A stretch of 64,000 nt of DNA, taken from NCBI GenBank assembly GCA_951406725.2, contig OX597814.1:218736001-218800000 (forward strand), written 5' to 3'. This document shows positions 23,733-36,600 of the stretch, piece by piece. Origin of the DNA: Octopus vulgaris (Eukaryota). The notes beneath the pieces are model-generated. The model was not told the origin of the DNA, searched no databases, and saw only the letters and a list, made by a program, of their open reading frames with translations. The first letter of the stretch is position 1. Each line of letters begins with the position of its first letter. A program made the position numbers and the translations under genes.

Positions 23733-24158
23733 ATTACGAGCTTCGATGATATCAAAGCTCAATATACACAACACTTTGGTGATATTCATAGTTTCACGAG
23801 AAGTAATTGAAAGGAATTAGATTGATAACATATTTATATACTTTCTTTACGAAAAAGAAACCATTTAATGTTTTCTTTAAAGTACAGTTTACCATAAAGC
23901 CGTGTTGCACGTTTCCACGAGACTTAAACTACAATTGAATAACAAAGGGAGGAATGGATAAATGTTTGGAATGTTGTAAAGATAAATGAAACCCTAAACT
24001 TCAAGTGGGGAACTCGCAGCATTAATCCGCGTTGCAACCTTCTGAAAAAGGGGATCATCATAATGGTGTATATAATTCTATTTCAATTAAAGTTTTCTTT
24101 TTAACTATTTGCGCATTTTAGAAATAACCATATATATATATATATGATACAAAGTTGA

Positions 24159-24217
<59 letters not shown>

Positions 24218-24239
24218 ATATTATATATATATATATATA

Positions 24240-24631
24240 TCTTTATATATAAAAGTAAGGTTGTGTGTCTGTCTACTCCGATTTAGATTCCTAACTACTC
24301 CAACATTTTGGGGTGCAGTTTAACCCAAACCGGGTATTTTATAGTCGTGATTCATATCGAGCCCTTCTGGGTATTAGCGCGCGTCTACGATGAGTCTACG
24401 ATTTTTAAAATAATTTACCATCATTTTTTCCATTTTAATGCATATTTTTTTTAATATAAGGGAAGTAACTCTCTAAAAATGACTACGATAAGTCAACGAT
24501 TTAAAAAAAATTTACCATCATATTTTTTCCATTTTTTAATGCATTTTTTGCTATTTATTTACTATAACTCTCTAAAAATGCTTTATAGTTATTTCCCTTA
24601 CAAACCCGAGCAACGCCGGGCGATACTGCTA

Positions 24632-24632
<1 letters not shown>
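24240..24632 (+). mobile_element. Non-autonomous Helitron (copy of 2911-3300) in (TA)n
   Basis: A|TC...CCCGAGCAACGCCGGG...CTAG|T; collinear with the first copy. Confidence 0.85.
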
Positions 24633-24679
<47 letters not shown>

Positions 24680-25254
24680 AATAGTAAGACCACCAGAGTG
24701 AATGGCGGTAGGCTTATTTTAACCTTGGAGAGTTGCCTCTCTTCTTTGAATCACAGAATAACAATAAGACAAAGCACTTGGTATGGCGGTTTGCATGATT
24801 GTTTCCAAAGACTCTTCGTGAGCTTTCTAAAAAATGCAGAAGCCTGTCTGAAGTGGTTTAGAATCTCCTCACCTGGTGTACATTCACTGGAAATGATACT
24901 GGTATCTGAATTTGGAGTGAATGGTTAGTTATTAAAGCTGTACTGACAAAACAGACGAACTGGGGGTGGTGCAGTGTGTCATCAACAGATAACTTCAGGG
25001 GTTTTTTAATGTTACCTATCAGGCCCGTAGAACGGGAGCTGTGACCTTTTAAAAGGGAGTATTAGCTCGACCTGGAACGATTACCTGATCCCTGATCTGA
25101 GGTGCGCACCATATCTCATGTGAAAATTCGGAGGAACCTCTTTTTGGTATATTTATTTGTTTAAAAATGAAAATGCGAAAGAATTTAAATCTTCAAAATA
25201 GCGAATGACATTTCTTTGCGGTGCTTACGTCAACGGACAAAAACAGAAAACTTC

Positions 25255-25631
25255 ATTTCTCCCTCTGACCAAAGTTCTAGCTGGTCAGCCAGACTACGTT
25301 CTCCCTGAATTGTCACCGAGTGGTGACTAACTGATTTTAGCTTGAAGTATTCTTGCTTTTATAACTATCCAGAAGGCTAGATATATCATTAAGAACAATA
25401 GATTTAGTTGGTGGTCTTATTATCTCTATTCTAGCTTTTGGTGAAGTAGAGAGGTTAGAAAGGGTCAAGTGGTGAAGACATTACTTCGACCTAGCTAAAG
25501 GCATCTGAAAAATGTAAAACTGCTGTCAGAGAAAAACCATTGTTCCATTGTGGGAAAAATTCTGTTGCAGTGTTAATTTAGATTTGGCAATGGTGGATCG
25601 AATCCACTTCATGCATGCAAAATTCACTACA
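25255..25631 (-). mobile_element. LTR family, partial or variant copy (5' half)
   Basis: Homologous to 12025-12330 and 39005-39376; the minus strand begins TGTAGTG. Confidence 0.7.
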
Positions 25632-25931
25632 ACTACAGTCATTTTTAGTTATTGAATAAAAACGAAAAATTGCTTTCTTAGCTGACAATTACATGGTTAG
25701 CAGAAAGGATTTTTCCTGATGAAACGACAAAGGAAATTTCTCGCCTTAAAACATTCAGTCGTTAATTCAACCCGAGTGACCAAAGTATCATATGAGCATT
25801 AAAAGGTTACTATCGAAGAGAAAATTCTACAAGAAATTTATCCGATTTCGATGTTATTCGAAACTAGTTGAATATAAATTTTATCGCAAAACTAATTTCT
25901 TCTCTTCTTTTGGTGATACCACGATTTCCCC

Positions 25932-26324
25932 TCATATATGACGCACATCTGCAATGTTTTTCTCAGCTCTGCTGGTTGCGGGTCTCCCAGAACGTTCGTC
26001 AATATCGACATTTTTTCGGCCATCTTGGAATCGTCTGACCCACTCATACACTTGCGTATGGCTCATACGCTTTTCTGCAACTTTGAGTAGTCCACTGAGC
26101 AGGTATCGCCATGACAACTATCTCTGTCATGGTCAATCCGACAATCATACGCTACACACGTTCCTTCCAAGCACTACTGTAAAAAGCAGAAGTGAACTAG
26201 AACGTTAAAACTTACTACGTATGCACAGCAGAGTTCAAGGTCAATCTTTGCCAAGCGGTTTTACTGTGCGTGCTTTAGTTTCGTTTCTATGGCAACAGTC
26301 CGGATACTTATTGATCAAACCTCG
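25932..26324 (-). mobile_element. Mariner transposon 5' fragment (TIR plus HTH region)
   Basis: MSHTQVYEWVRRFQDGRKNVDIDERSGRP is a mariner HTH/GRP motif. TIR-like CGAGGTTTGATCAATAAGTATCCGGAC. Confidence 0.85.
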
Positions 26325-26550
26325 TGTGTATATATACATACATACATATATAAATAACAATAGGGTAATAAGAAATTATTATTACCAGTGGCCTAGCACA
26401 AAAACGAATTAGTCATTAGACTATATATCATTGACATAGAAATACAATAAGAGCCTTGTGCTAGAAAGAGCAGTAGAAAACTCAAACCACCAAATAAGGA
26501 TAAATTCTCGAAAGGAATGAAAATTAAAAACGCTTACCATCTCAATTATT

Positions 26551-26617
26551 TCCCAGACCATGGTTTCTATTTCCAGCAAAAAAAATATTCGCTGAAGGCC
26601 AGTCTTCATCAGTGGGA
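26551..26617 (-). ncRNA. Type I hammerhead ribozyme motif (PLE-associated)
   Basis: TCCCA-CTGATGA-[stem II region]-GAAAC-CATG-GTC-TGGGA: perfect 5-bp stem I, palindromic stem III ACCATGGT and GUC triplet. The base of stem II is imperfect. Confidence 0.7.
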
Positions 26618-27655
26618 CAGCCTTTAGATTTCAAATATACACACAGCTAGATCCACATGTAAAACTAACTGCCTGTATATCCTAACTTTTCAGACCATTG
26701 CGCAGACGCAGATTATTTGGTGGTTTGAGTTTTCTACTGCTCTTTCTAGCACAAGGCTTTCCTATTTGGAAGCCTCTTATTGTATTAAACACCCTAATTG
26801 ACAGACATTACCCAGCTCAACTCATAGAGGATGGGATCAGACGTGCAACAGAAATCAACATAGAAACTTTAAGAAAAGTTCAACACAACAACACACCTTC
26901 CCCGAAAATACTACCTTACATATCCACATACAACCCCAGAAACAAAGAAGCCTTCACCATCATCACCCAGAATTTACCAATACTTCATAAGGACCCCAAA
27001 TTAAAGGAAATTCTAAACATACACCAAATTATTAAAAGCTACAAACAACCTAAATCACTTAAAAAGATTCTCACAAAGGCAAAATTGTTTTCTGAAATTA
27101 CGGATGCAAAAGTAAAAAAATGTGGTAGACCGAACTGTGCAACATGTCCAAACCTCCTCTTCAAAGAGGGACAGAAATTCAAGATCAAATCTAATTTTAC
27201 TTGTGCCTCTGAAAACATAATTTATGTCATAAAATGCTCGGGCTGCCACCAAGACTACGTGGGATCCACGGGACTATCACTCAGACGTAGATGCACACTG
27301 CATCGACAACAGATTGCATTCCTAGAACACAGAATGATACCTTTTAGTGAGCACATTGAGAAATGCGCAAAGCAACTACTACCACAATTTTTAATCTTTC
27401 CATTTTACCAATGTGCTATCGGAACACCAACACAAATTAGACTAAACAAGGAAACATTCTTCATTGAAAAGTACAAGCCCAGACTTAATCATTCCAACAT
27501 ACTTATACAGAGAAATTCACCCCAAAGGAAAGGCAAAAAATTTTAAGCGATTATCTCCCTTACACCGGAAGAAATCACTTATTACCTCCCCTTATCTAGA
27601 ACTCTTCTCAACATAAACATAACGATAACTCATCTCAACATAAACATAACGATGT

Positions 27656-27695
27656 AAGAAATTTGAAAAGCTGAACGCGAAACCGGTCATTTCTT
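27656..27695 (+). ncRNA. Minimal type I hammerhead-like motif with U3-A8 core
   Basis: AAGAAAT-TTGAAAA-GC-TGAAC-GC-GAAAC-CG-GTC-ATTTCTT: 7-bp stem I, palindromic stem III ACCGGT and GUC triplet. It lies just 3' of the PLE ORF, in the sense orientation. Confidence 0.6.
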
Positions 27696-27855
27696 CTAAA
27701 TTATGTCATTGTAAGAAAAAAATTTATAATATTCTTCAGACATATTGACTCAAATATATATTTTTTAACCTTTTAAAACAAGCCTTCTGTAGTCTTTTCA
27801 CTTTTTACTATTTTCTATATATTCAACCACGTGCTTTCACAAACCAACTTTCTCA

Positions 27856-28178
<323 letters not shown>

Positions 28179-28328
28179 GAGAGTCATATATTCTCCGTAA
28201 AGAATACACTTCGTAGTGTTCAAGAGATTTAAACTTAAGCAGATAGAGGAGTAAATGTAAGTTAGGCAAGTCGATAGACAAGAAATATTAAATGTATTTG
28301 ATAGTTTTTGTATATCGACTTGCTTATC

Positions 28329-28363
<35 letters not shown>

Positions 28364-28522
28364 ACGCACGCACACACACACACACACACACACATATGTA
28401 TATATGTGTGTGCGCGCGCGTGCAGTGAAATCACATGTGGTTCTATGTCGGAGTTACCAATTGTAGCGTAGAGATGAGAAGTTACTTGATGTGGATTCTT
28501 GTTTCGCGTGGGGATTGCTGTA

Positions 28523-30076
28523 TACTCTTTACTCTTTACTCTTTACTCTTTTACTCTTTACTCTTTTACTCTTTACTCTTTTACTCTTTACTCTTTTACT
28601 CTTTACTCTTTACTCTTTACTCTTTACTCTTTACTCTTTTACTCTTTACTCTTTTACTCTTTACTCTTTTACTCTTTACTCTTTTACTCTTTACTCTTTT
28701 ACTCTTTACTCTTTACTCTTTACTCTTTACTCTTTTACTCTTTACTCTTTTACTCTTTACTCTTTTACTCTTTACTCTTTTACTCTTTTACTCTTTTACT
28801 CTTTACTCTTTTTACTCTTTACTCTTTTACTCTTTACTCTTTTACTCTTTACTCTTTTACTCTTTACTCTTTTACTCTTTACTCTTTTACTCTTTACTCT
28901 TTTACTCTTTACTCTTTTACTCTTTACTCTTTACTCTTTACTCTTTACTCTTTTACTCTTTACTCTTTTACTCTTTACTCTTTTACTCTTTACTCTTTTA
29001 CTCTTTACTCTTTTACTCTTTAATCTTTTACTCTTTACTCTTTTACTCTTTACTCTTTTACTCTTTACTCTTTTACTCTTTACTCTTTACTCTTTACTCT
29101 TTTACTCTTTACTCTTTTACTCTTTACTCTTTTACTCTTTACTCTTTTACTCTTTACTCTTTTACTCTTTACTCTTTACTCTTTACTCTTTTACTCTTTA
29201 CTCTTTTACTCTTTACTCTTTTTACTCTTTACTCTTTTACTCTTTACTCTTTTACTCTTTACTCTTTTACTCTTTACTCTTTTACTCTTTACTCTTTTAC
29301 TCTTTACTCTTTTACTCTTTACTCTTTTACTCTTTACTCTTTTACTCTTTACTCTTTTACTCTTTACTCTTTTACTCTTTACTCTTTTTACTCTTTACTC
29401 TTTACTCTTTACTCTTTTACTCTTTACTCTTTTACTCTTTACTCTTTTACTCTTTACTCTTTTACTCTTTACTCTTTAATCTTTACTCTTTACTCTTTAC
29501 TCTTTTACTCTTTACTCTTTTACTCTTTACTCTTTTACTCTTTACTCTTTTACTCTTTACTCTTTTACTCTTTACTCTTTTACTCTTTACTCTTTTACTC
29601 TTTACTCTTTTACTCTTTACTCTTTTACTCTTTACTCTTTTACTCTTTACTCTTTTACTCTTTACTCTTTACTCTTTACTCTTTTACTCTTTACTCTTTT
29701 ACTCTTTACTCTTTTACTCTTTACTCTTTTACTCTTTACTCTTTTTCTCTTTACTCTTTTACTCTTTACTCTTTACTCTTTACTCTTTTACTCTTTACTC
29801 TTTTACTCTTTACTCTTTTACTCTTTACTCTTTTACTCTTTACTCTTTTTTACTCTTTACTCTTTACTCTTTACTCTTTACTCTTTACTCTTTACTCTTT
29901 ACTCTTTTTACTCTTTACTCTTTTACTCTTTACTCTTTTACTCTTTACTCTTTTACTCTTTACTCTTTTACTCTTTACTCTTTCTCTTTTACTCTTTACT
30001 CTTTTACTCTTTACTCTTTTACTCTTTACTCTTTTACTCTTTACTCTTTTACTCTTTACCTCTTTTACTCTTTTAC
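28523..30076. repeat. About 1.55-kb satellite of CTCTTTA/CTCTTTTA units (mostly a 15-bp 7+8 dimer); expanded tail of SINE A
   Basis: Direct read. It runs without a break into the SINE-A 3' end (TTACTTGTTTCAGTCATTTG) and explains the 543-552 aa F/Y/S/L/T ORFs. Confidence 0.95.
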
Positions 30077-30268
30077 TTGTTTCAGTCATTTGACTGCGGC
30101 CATGCTGGAGCACCACCTTTAGTCGAGCAAATCGACCCCGGGACTTATTCTTTGTAAGCCCAGTACTTATTCTATCGGTCTCTTTTGCCGAACCGCTAAG
30201 TGACAGGGACGTAAACACACCAGCATCGGTTGTCAAGCAATGCTAGGGGGACAAACACACACACACAA

Positions 30269-30319
<51 letters not shown>

Positions 30320-30494
30320 CATATATACACATATATACGACGGGCTTCTTTCAGTTTCCATCTACCAAATCCACTCACAAGGCATTGGTCGGCCCGGGGC
30401 TATAGCAGAAGACACTTGCCCAAGATGCCACGCAGTGGGACTGAACCCGGAACCATGTGGTTGGTTAGCAAGCTACTTACCACACAGCCACTCC
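30061..30494 (-). mobile_element. SINE family A, full length
   Basis: Near-identical to 3598-4028. Confidence 0.9.
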
Positions 30495-31679
30495 GTAGAT
30501 GAAAAAGCAACATCGAAGAGAAAAGAATAATATTTCATTTGCCGGCAGAGGTCAGTAACGCAAAAGTAATAATCGTAGTAAGTGACCATGGCAACACTGT
30601 GTGTTGGTCGCGGGTTCTAAGTGTGTGTTGGAAGCTGTGTGTGAAAGCCAAGTTAACGCTCTGTTGTCAGGGAGGAAGAAAGAGTACGAATCGCATTGAC
30701 CCTTTCCATTCGGCCAAAAGATGCTTTCAATTAGCAGGTTGAAAACCGAAAAGAGAAAGTAAACTTTTCATTCGATTATACAAGGTTTAGCCAGGAAGTT
30801 GGCCAAACCTAAAACAAAGGATTGACCTTTCCACGACTACAGTCTCTGAGGTCAGATTATTTTCATTAATCTTGCAGTATAGAGATAAGACACAAAGGAC
30901 CAGACATTCGTCTCGCAAGCAACATGTGTGGATTCGGTTTCGAATTTCAGCTAAACAGAGGAAAACGATCTCCTACATCAGTTTTCACACACCAAATCCA
31001 CTCAAGGGCTGTAGTGGAAGACACTTGCCCAAGGTGACACGCAGTGAGACTAAACCTGGAACCATCTGGCAGACTTAACCACACAGCCACACACCTGCGC
31101 CTACTGTTAGCTAAGAAACGGTAAACCAGTAAAATTCTAAAATATCTTGTTCGGCATCAATAAGAGAAGCTAAGTTTTAAACTGTTCAGGAAACTACACG
31201 AATTCTTTCGCAAAGACTTTCTGAGTTCTTCGGGATATTGGTATGATTCGATTCGATGGCCTCTTTACAATCAATCGCACCATGCGTAAACACTATTCCT
31301 GGTGAAGGAATCCATATATGGTATTCACTTTTTGATACACTATTTGGCGTTTTGACTGGGTGGAAAGCAACCTATCAGCAATAGCGAGAACCGTTCGGTC
31401 TTTAACCTTCAAATAATCCAACAAATAGATTATCATTACTATTTCCAAACTCATCATTGTTGAAAGTCATACTTGAACCTGACCTCGATACTTTTTCATC
31501 AGAAAATTGTTATTTGAAATGTCATACACGAATGATTTTATTGCCGAAAAAACATCTATGTAGAAATTTTTATGTTGCATCTTTACGAGTCGGCATTCTT
31601 TCTAGAATAGGCAAATAAGTACCACTATTAGATATTGCAACAGAAAATAGATCACACTGATGGGGAAATACAGAAAAAT

Positions 31680-32062
31680 GGAGGCGCAATGGCCCAGTGG
31701 TTAGGGCAGCGGACTCGCGGTCATAGGATCGCGGTTTCGATTCCCAGACCGGGCGTTGTGAGTGTTTATTGAGCGAAAACACCTAAAGCTCCACGAGGCT
31801 CCGGCAGGGGATGGTGGTGATCCCTGCTGTACTTTTTTCACTACAACTTTCTCTCACTCTTACTTCCTGTTTCTGTTGTACCTGTATTTCAAAGGGCCGG
31901 CCTTGTCACTCTCTGTGTCACGCTGAATATCCCCGAGAACTACATTAAGGGTACACGTGTCTGTGGAGTGCTCAGCCACTTACACGTTAATTTCACGAGC
32001 AGGCTGTTCCGTTGATTCGGATCAACCGGAACCCTCGTCGTCGTAACCGACGGAGTACTTCC
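31680..32062 (+). mobile_element. SINE family B, full length
   Basis: Family match; TSD ACAGAAAAAT. Confidence 0.9.
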
Positions 32063-32124
32063 CACAGAAAAATAAACAGGAAAATGTGTAGAAACCTTGT
32101 AAAGAAAAATATAATAATGATTTA

Positions 32125-32730
32125 AGATTTTGGTAGAAGGCCAACAATTTTGGGGGAGGAGATAAGTCGATTACATCGACCCTAATACTCAACTGGTACC
32201 TATTTTATCGACCTCAAAAGGATGAAAAGCAAAGTCGCCCTCGATGGAATTTCAACTCAGACCGTAAAGACGGATGAAATGCTGCTAAGCATTTCGCCCG
32301 ACGTGCTAACGATTCTACCAGCTCACTGCCCTAAAAATCATTTCTACTATAGGGCACAAGGCCTGAAATTTAGGGGGACGGGACTAGTCGATTGCATCAA
32401 TCTAAATGTTTCACTGGTACTTAATTTATCGACCTTGAAAGGATGAAAGGCAAAGTCGACCACAGCGGAATTTGAACTCAGAACATAGCGACAGGAGAAA
32501 TACCGCAAAATATTTTTGTCCAACATGCTAACGATTCTGCCAGCTCATCGCCTTAATAATGTTAATAATATTTGCCTCAAATTTTGGCATGAGGCCAGTA
32601 ATTTCTAGGAAGGAGGTAAGTCGATTACATTGACTCCAGTGTTCAACTGGGATTTATTTTATTGACCACGAATGGATGAAGGGCAAAGTCAGCCACGGCG
32701 GAATTTCAACTCAGAACGTAAGGGCAGACA
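32125..32730 (-). mobile_element. SINE family C, three tandem copies
   Basis: Three repeats of the TTTATCGACC...GGATGAAAGGCAAAGTCG...GAATTT(G/C)AACTCAG block. Confidence 0.8.
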
Positions 32731-32939
32731 AGAATAATAATAATAATAATAATGTTCTGTGACTATATTTAGCAGTACATTTTCCAACTAAATTTAGAGA
32801 ATTTGAAAACTCACGGAATGTTACGGCAAACTCATTCTGTTGTTTTTATCCAGTAGATCGAATATAGAGAACTCTAACGCTGCCTCTAAAGACGCACATG
32901 GAAAACAGTAATTTAGTATAAATGATATTTTTATGCATC

Positions 32940-33175
32940 CATTCTTCTTCTTCGCTCAACATTCCTGAGAGAGTTGTTGGGGTAGGCTTCGAGCACCTGC
33001 TCCATAAGTTCCTATCAGAAGCAGCCGTTATTACACTTTCCGGGCTAAATTCCCAAGCTTCACCCACGGAGACTGTGAATATTATCCAACCATTCTTGGT
33101 CAACTCTTTCGTCTCCTACCAGTTGACTCGGCTTAAAGAATGCGTCTTGCGATTCTTGTCTGCAACATTCTAGTC
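32940..33175 (-). mobile_element. RTE-like LINE 3' end with short (GAA)n tail
   Basis: AASDRNLWSR terminal motif followed by GAAGAAGAAGAA. Confidence 0.5.
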
Positions 33176-33277
33176 ACATGTCCGTTGTACCGGAGCTGAG
33201 ACCTCTCAATGTGGAGAAGTAACGACTCGACCCGGAGAGACTCTCTGATCTCCCAGCTTTGCACTTAGTCGAGTAAC

Positions 33278-33912
33278 ATGTCCGCTACGTTCACTGTCAT
33301 CAATTCACCGCAAGGAAAGTACACCGTCATCAGTTCACCATTTTTCTTCTTTCAATAAAATAGTCTTTAACTATTAATGGTGAGATACTATGGCTATAGG
33401 TGGAGGCGCAATGGCCCAGTGGTTAGGGCAGCGGACACGCGGTCGTAGGATCGCGGTTTCGATTCCCAGACCGGGCATTGTGAGTGTTTATTGAGCGAAA
33501 ACACCTAAAGCTCCACGAGGCTCCGGCAGGGGATGGTGGTGATCCCTGCTGTACTTTTTCACTACAACTTTCTCTCACTCTTACTTCCTGTTTCTGTTGT
33601 ACCTGTATTTCAAAGGGCCGGCCTTGTCACTCTCTGTGTCACGCTGAATATCCCCGAGAACTATGTTAAGGGTACACGTGTCTGTGGAGTGCTCAGCCAC
33701 TTACACGTTAATTTCACGAGCAGGCTGTTCCGTTGATTCGGATCAACCGGAACCCTCGTCGTCGTAACCAACGGAGTGCTTCCACTATGGCCATATTTTC
33801 TCGGTAAACTTTTCTCGCGATGTACTTTCCTCATGATAAACTTTCTTCACGGTGACTTGATGGCGGTGAACTCTCCTGCGATGAATTGATGGCGGTGAAT
33901 TTATGTGTAATC
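33278..33912. mobile_element. Mutator/fold-back-like non-autonomous element interrupted by SINE B
   Basis: Flanked by the direct repeat GTCGAGTAAC (33268-33277 and 33913-33922). The left arm has TTCACCG-type subrepeats and the right arm has the complementary CGGTGAA subrepeats. Confidence 0.55.
33402..33783 (+). mobile_element. SINE family B, full length
   Basis: Family match; imperfect TSD ACTATGGC(T/C)ATA. Confidence 0.9.
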
Positions 33913-34349
33913 GTCGAGTAACGTTACTCCAGAGACCTTTCAGAGGAATCCTATTTCAGCCTCGCCATCATATTCTTTCTGCTTGTGTCTCCAGAAGCAG
34001 AAAGATTATGATCTGGCACTAAAACGGTTCCAATTTTGTTCGAGATGAAATGTGGTTGTCGCTGTTGTTCAACTCCAGACGATTCATGATCACATAAATT
34101 CTACGATTAAAGGCGTTTTAGCCGTGACCATCATGTCTTTTTCCAAAGTTCAGTGTATCTAGGATTACACAATCTAATGCGTCCTTATCAAAACAGTGAG
34201 ATTTGAAAGACATTTGGCTGCTTGTTCTTGCAGCTTTGGCAACCATGTGCAATCTCACTCTTGCCATATTTTGATCGAATGATTTTTAGTGGCAGTTGTG
34301 ATTATTCTTTTACTGTAGACGAAAATAATTGGAATGATATTCTTTATGT

Positions 34350-35335
34350 TACTTTGCCTTTCATCCTTTCGGGGTCGATTAATTAAGTACCAGTTGCGTA
34401 CTGGGGCCGATCTAATCGACTGGCCCCCTCCCCCAAAATTTCGGGCCTGGTGCCTAGAGTAGAAAAGGATATTCTGTAAGTTACTAAATTATTGTCAACG
34501 AACTAGAAAATTTTGTGAGAGTTGACACCAGCTTCAAGCGATTTGTAAACAGTTTAGGCATGATTTGCGGTTAGGGTACACATTAGTGCTGTCTATTGCT
34601 TGTTAATGTTATTTTTTACCTCTCTAAGGCGGCGAGCTAGCAGAAACGTTAGCACGCCGGTTGAAATGATTCGCGGTATTTCGTCCGCCGTTACGTTCTG
34701 AGTTCAAATTCTGCCGAGTTCGACTTTGCCTTTCATCCTTTCGGGGTCGATTAAAATAAGTACCAGTTACGCACTGGGGTCGATATAATCGACTTAATCC
34801 GTTTGTCTGTCCTTGTTTGTCCTCTCTGTGTTTAGCCCCTTGTGGGTAGTAAAGAAATAGGTATTTCGTCTGTCATTACGTTCTGAGTTCAAATTCCGCC
34901 GAGGTCGACTTTGCCTTTCACATTTCGGGGTCGATAAATTAAGTACCAGTTGCATATTGGGTTCGATCAAAATTTCGGGCCTTGTGCCTAGAGTAGAAAA
35001 GAATATTATTGTTTTCCTCTCTAAGGCGACATGCAGGCAGAATCGTTAGCACGCCAGGCAAATTGCAAAGCGGTATTTCGCTCGTCGCTACGTTCTGAGT
35101 TCAAATTCCACCGAGGTCAACTTCAGCTTTCATCCTTTCGGAGTCGATAAATTAAGTACCAGCTGAGTACTGGGGTCGATGTAATCGACTATCTCCCCCC
35201 CACCCATTTTCAGGCCTTGAAAATGTTGACTTTGCATTTCATCCTTTCGTGGTCGATGAAATAAACACCGGTTGATCACTAGAGTTGACTTACCTCCTCT
35301 CTTGAAATTGCTGGCCTTGTATCAAAATTTGAAAT
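34350..35335 (+). mobile_element. Cluster of SINE family C copies (fragment, dimer at 34626-35002, monomer, fragment)
   Basis: Repeated GACTTTGCCTTTCATCCTTTCGGGGTCGAT...AAGTACCAG cores. Confidence 0.85.
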
Positions 35336-35343
35336 TAATATTA

Positions 35344-35863
35344 CCGTAAATCCTCGAGTATAATCCGCATTTTTTTCCCAAAATTTAAAGGTCAAAATCC
35401 CTAGTGCGTACTATATACGAGGTTAAAAATGAAAATTATTTTCTAAGCAATGTCCGAGTCTCTATTTGCTGTCCGGCAATGTTTATTCAGATGCATTTTG
35501 TGATGTCGGCACAAAAATACCTTAAACTAAGCCTGAAAGCAATGAAGTCATAAAAGAATCATCCATAGCTTGCAGTAAGCAACATTTATTAAACGTTATT
35601 ACTGTTATTACTGTTATTTCTTTATTTTCTGCAAACAAAATGCACAAAAAAGCTACCCATTTGCATTATATTTATATATACAATAATAATAAAGGACGTT
35701 ACCGTATACATTTTTACAAACCATGGACGTTATATAGACCTCCTTGACTCAAGTTAGAGAAAGGGTGCGTATTATACACAAGGTTTAGGTTTTTCAGAGG
35801 TACAGCCCCTAAAAATCCCCAGCGTATTATACTCAAGGGCGGACTATACTCGAGGATTTACGG
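35344..35863. mobile_element. pogo/Tigger-type MITE
   Basis: 24-bp TIR CCGTAAATCCTCGAGTATA(A/G)TCCGC with TA TSD on both sides. Confidence 0.9.
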
Positions 35864-36394
35864 TACTTTCACCAAATTTCTGGTTTGGCGATATCATATA
35901 ACGAATGTTCTATTTGAAATCTAGTTTATTGTTGAATTATTCATACAATGCATAGCGATTGCTCCTTTTTGAGGATATTTACACGTAAATTAGTAAATTA
36001 TCCACTTTAATCATTAGAAATGTATTTAATAATTTGCAGATTTGTCTTTGCAGTTGAAAGGATTTTAAAATCTAATGTGTCTGTAACTTACTATTGTGTA
36101 TTTTATGTGGTTTGGAAACGTTTTACAAACAATGCTCAAAGGAACAAACTCAAAGACAACACAAGTGAAATCCAGAGTATCGTTATTTCAGCCGTTTTAT
36201 CATTCCTGATTCATTTATTGACTTTCTGGTGCTTTCTCAGACGTTTGAAAGTCGATCATTTACCATCATTGATAGCATGCTTTTTTTTGTAGCCAAAAAG
36301 TTTTTTTGGATTCCTTCTTCAGTTACTGGCATTTACTCCTGAAGAGTTTGTCAAGAGACCGTCAAATCTTATCACATCAAATCTATACAGTATG

Positions 36395-36600
36395 TTAGTT
36401 AGTTAATTTTTTGGCTCAAAAGCAAAAAGCAAGGCCATGTAGGGGGACATGGAGTTAAGTACAGGGTGGTGTTTATGTAAAGAGTTCAGGCCACTTGAGG
36501 TCAAGGGAGACTTTGAACAAAGCGGTCATCGGCATCTTCACCATCTCGTCTGGCAGCTTGTTCCACGGATCCGCAACCCGCAATGGATGGGAATCTTGGT
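36395..36600 (-). mobile_element. CR1 LINE 3'-end fragment with (AACT)n tail
   Basis: RVADPWNKLPDEMVKMPMTALFKVSLD; same family as 63495-64000. Confidence 0.85.

Larger units (their letters stand above)
26345..27840 (+). mobile_element. Penelope-like element, 5'-truncated: RT thumb-linker-GIY-YIG ORF fragment with an inverted upstream segment
   Basis: ORF 26698-27546: LPYISTYNP, CGRPNCATC, FTCASENIIYVIKCSGC..DYVGSTG..LRRR...H...E.FFI..Y.P.LN. Inverted repeat 26440-26497 / 26713-26785. Hammerhead motifs on both sides. Confidence 0.9.

Noticed and set aside
28435-30122. 552-aa and 543-aa ORFs
   Set aside because: They are translations of the CTCTTT(T)A satellite and are open only because the repeat lacks stops.
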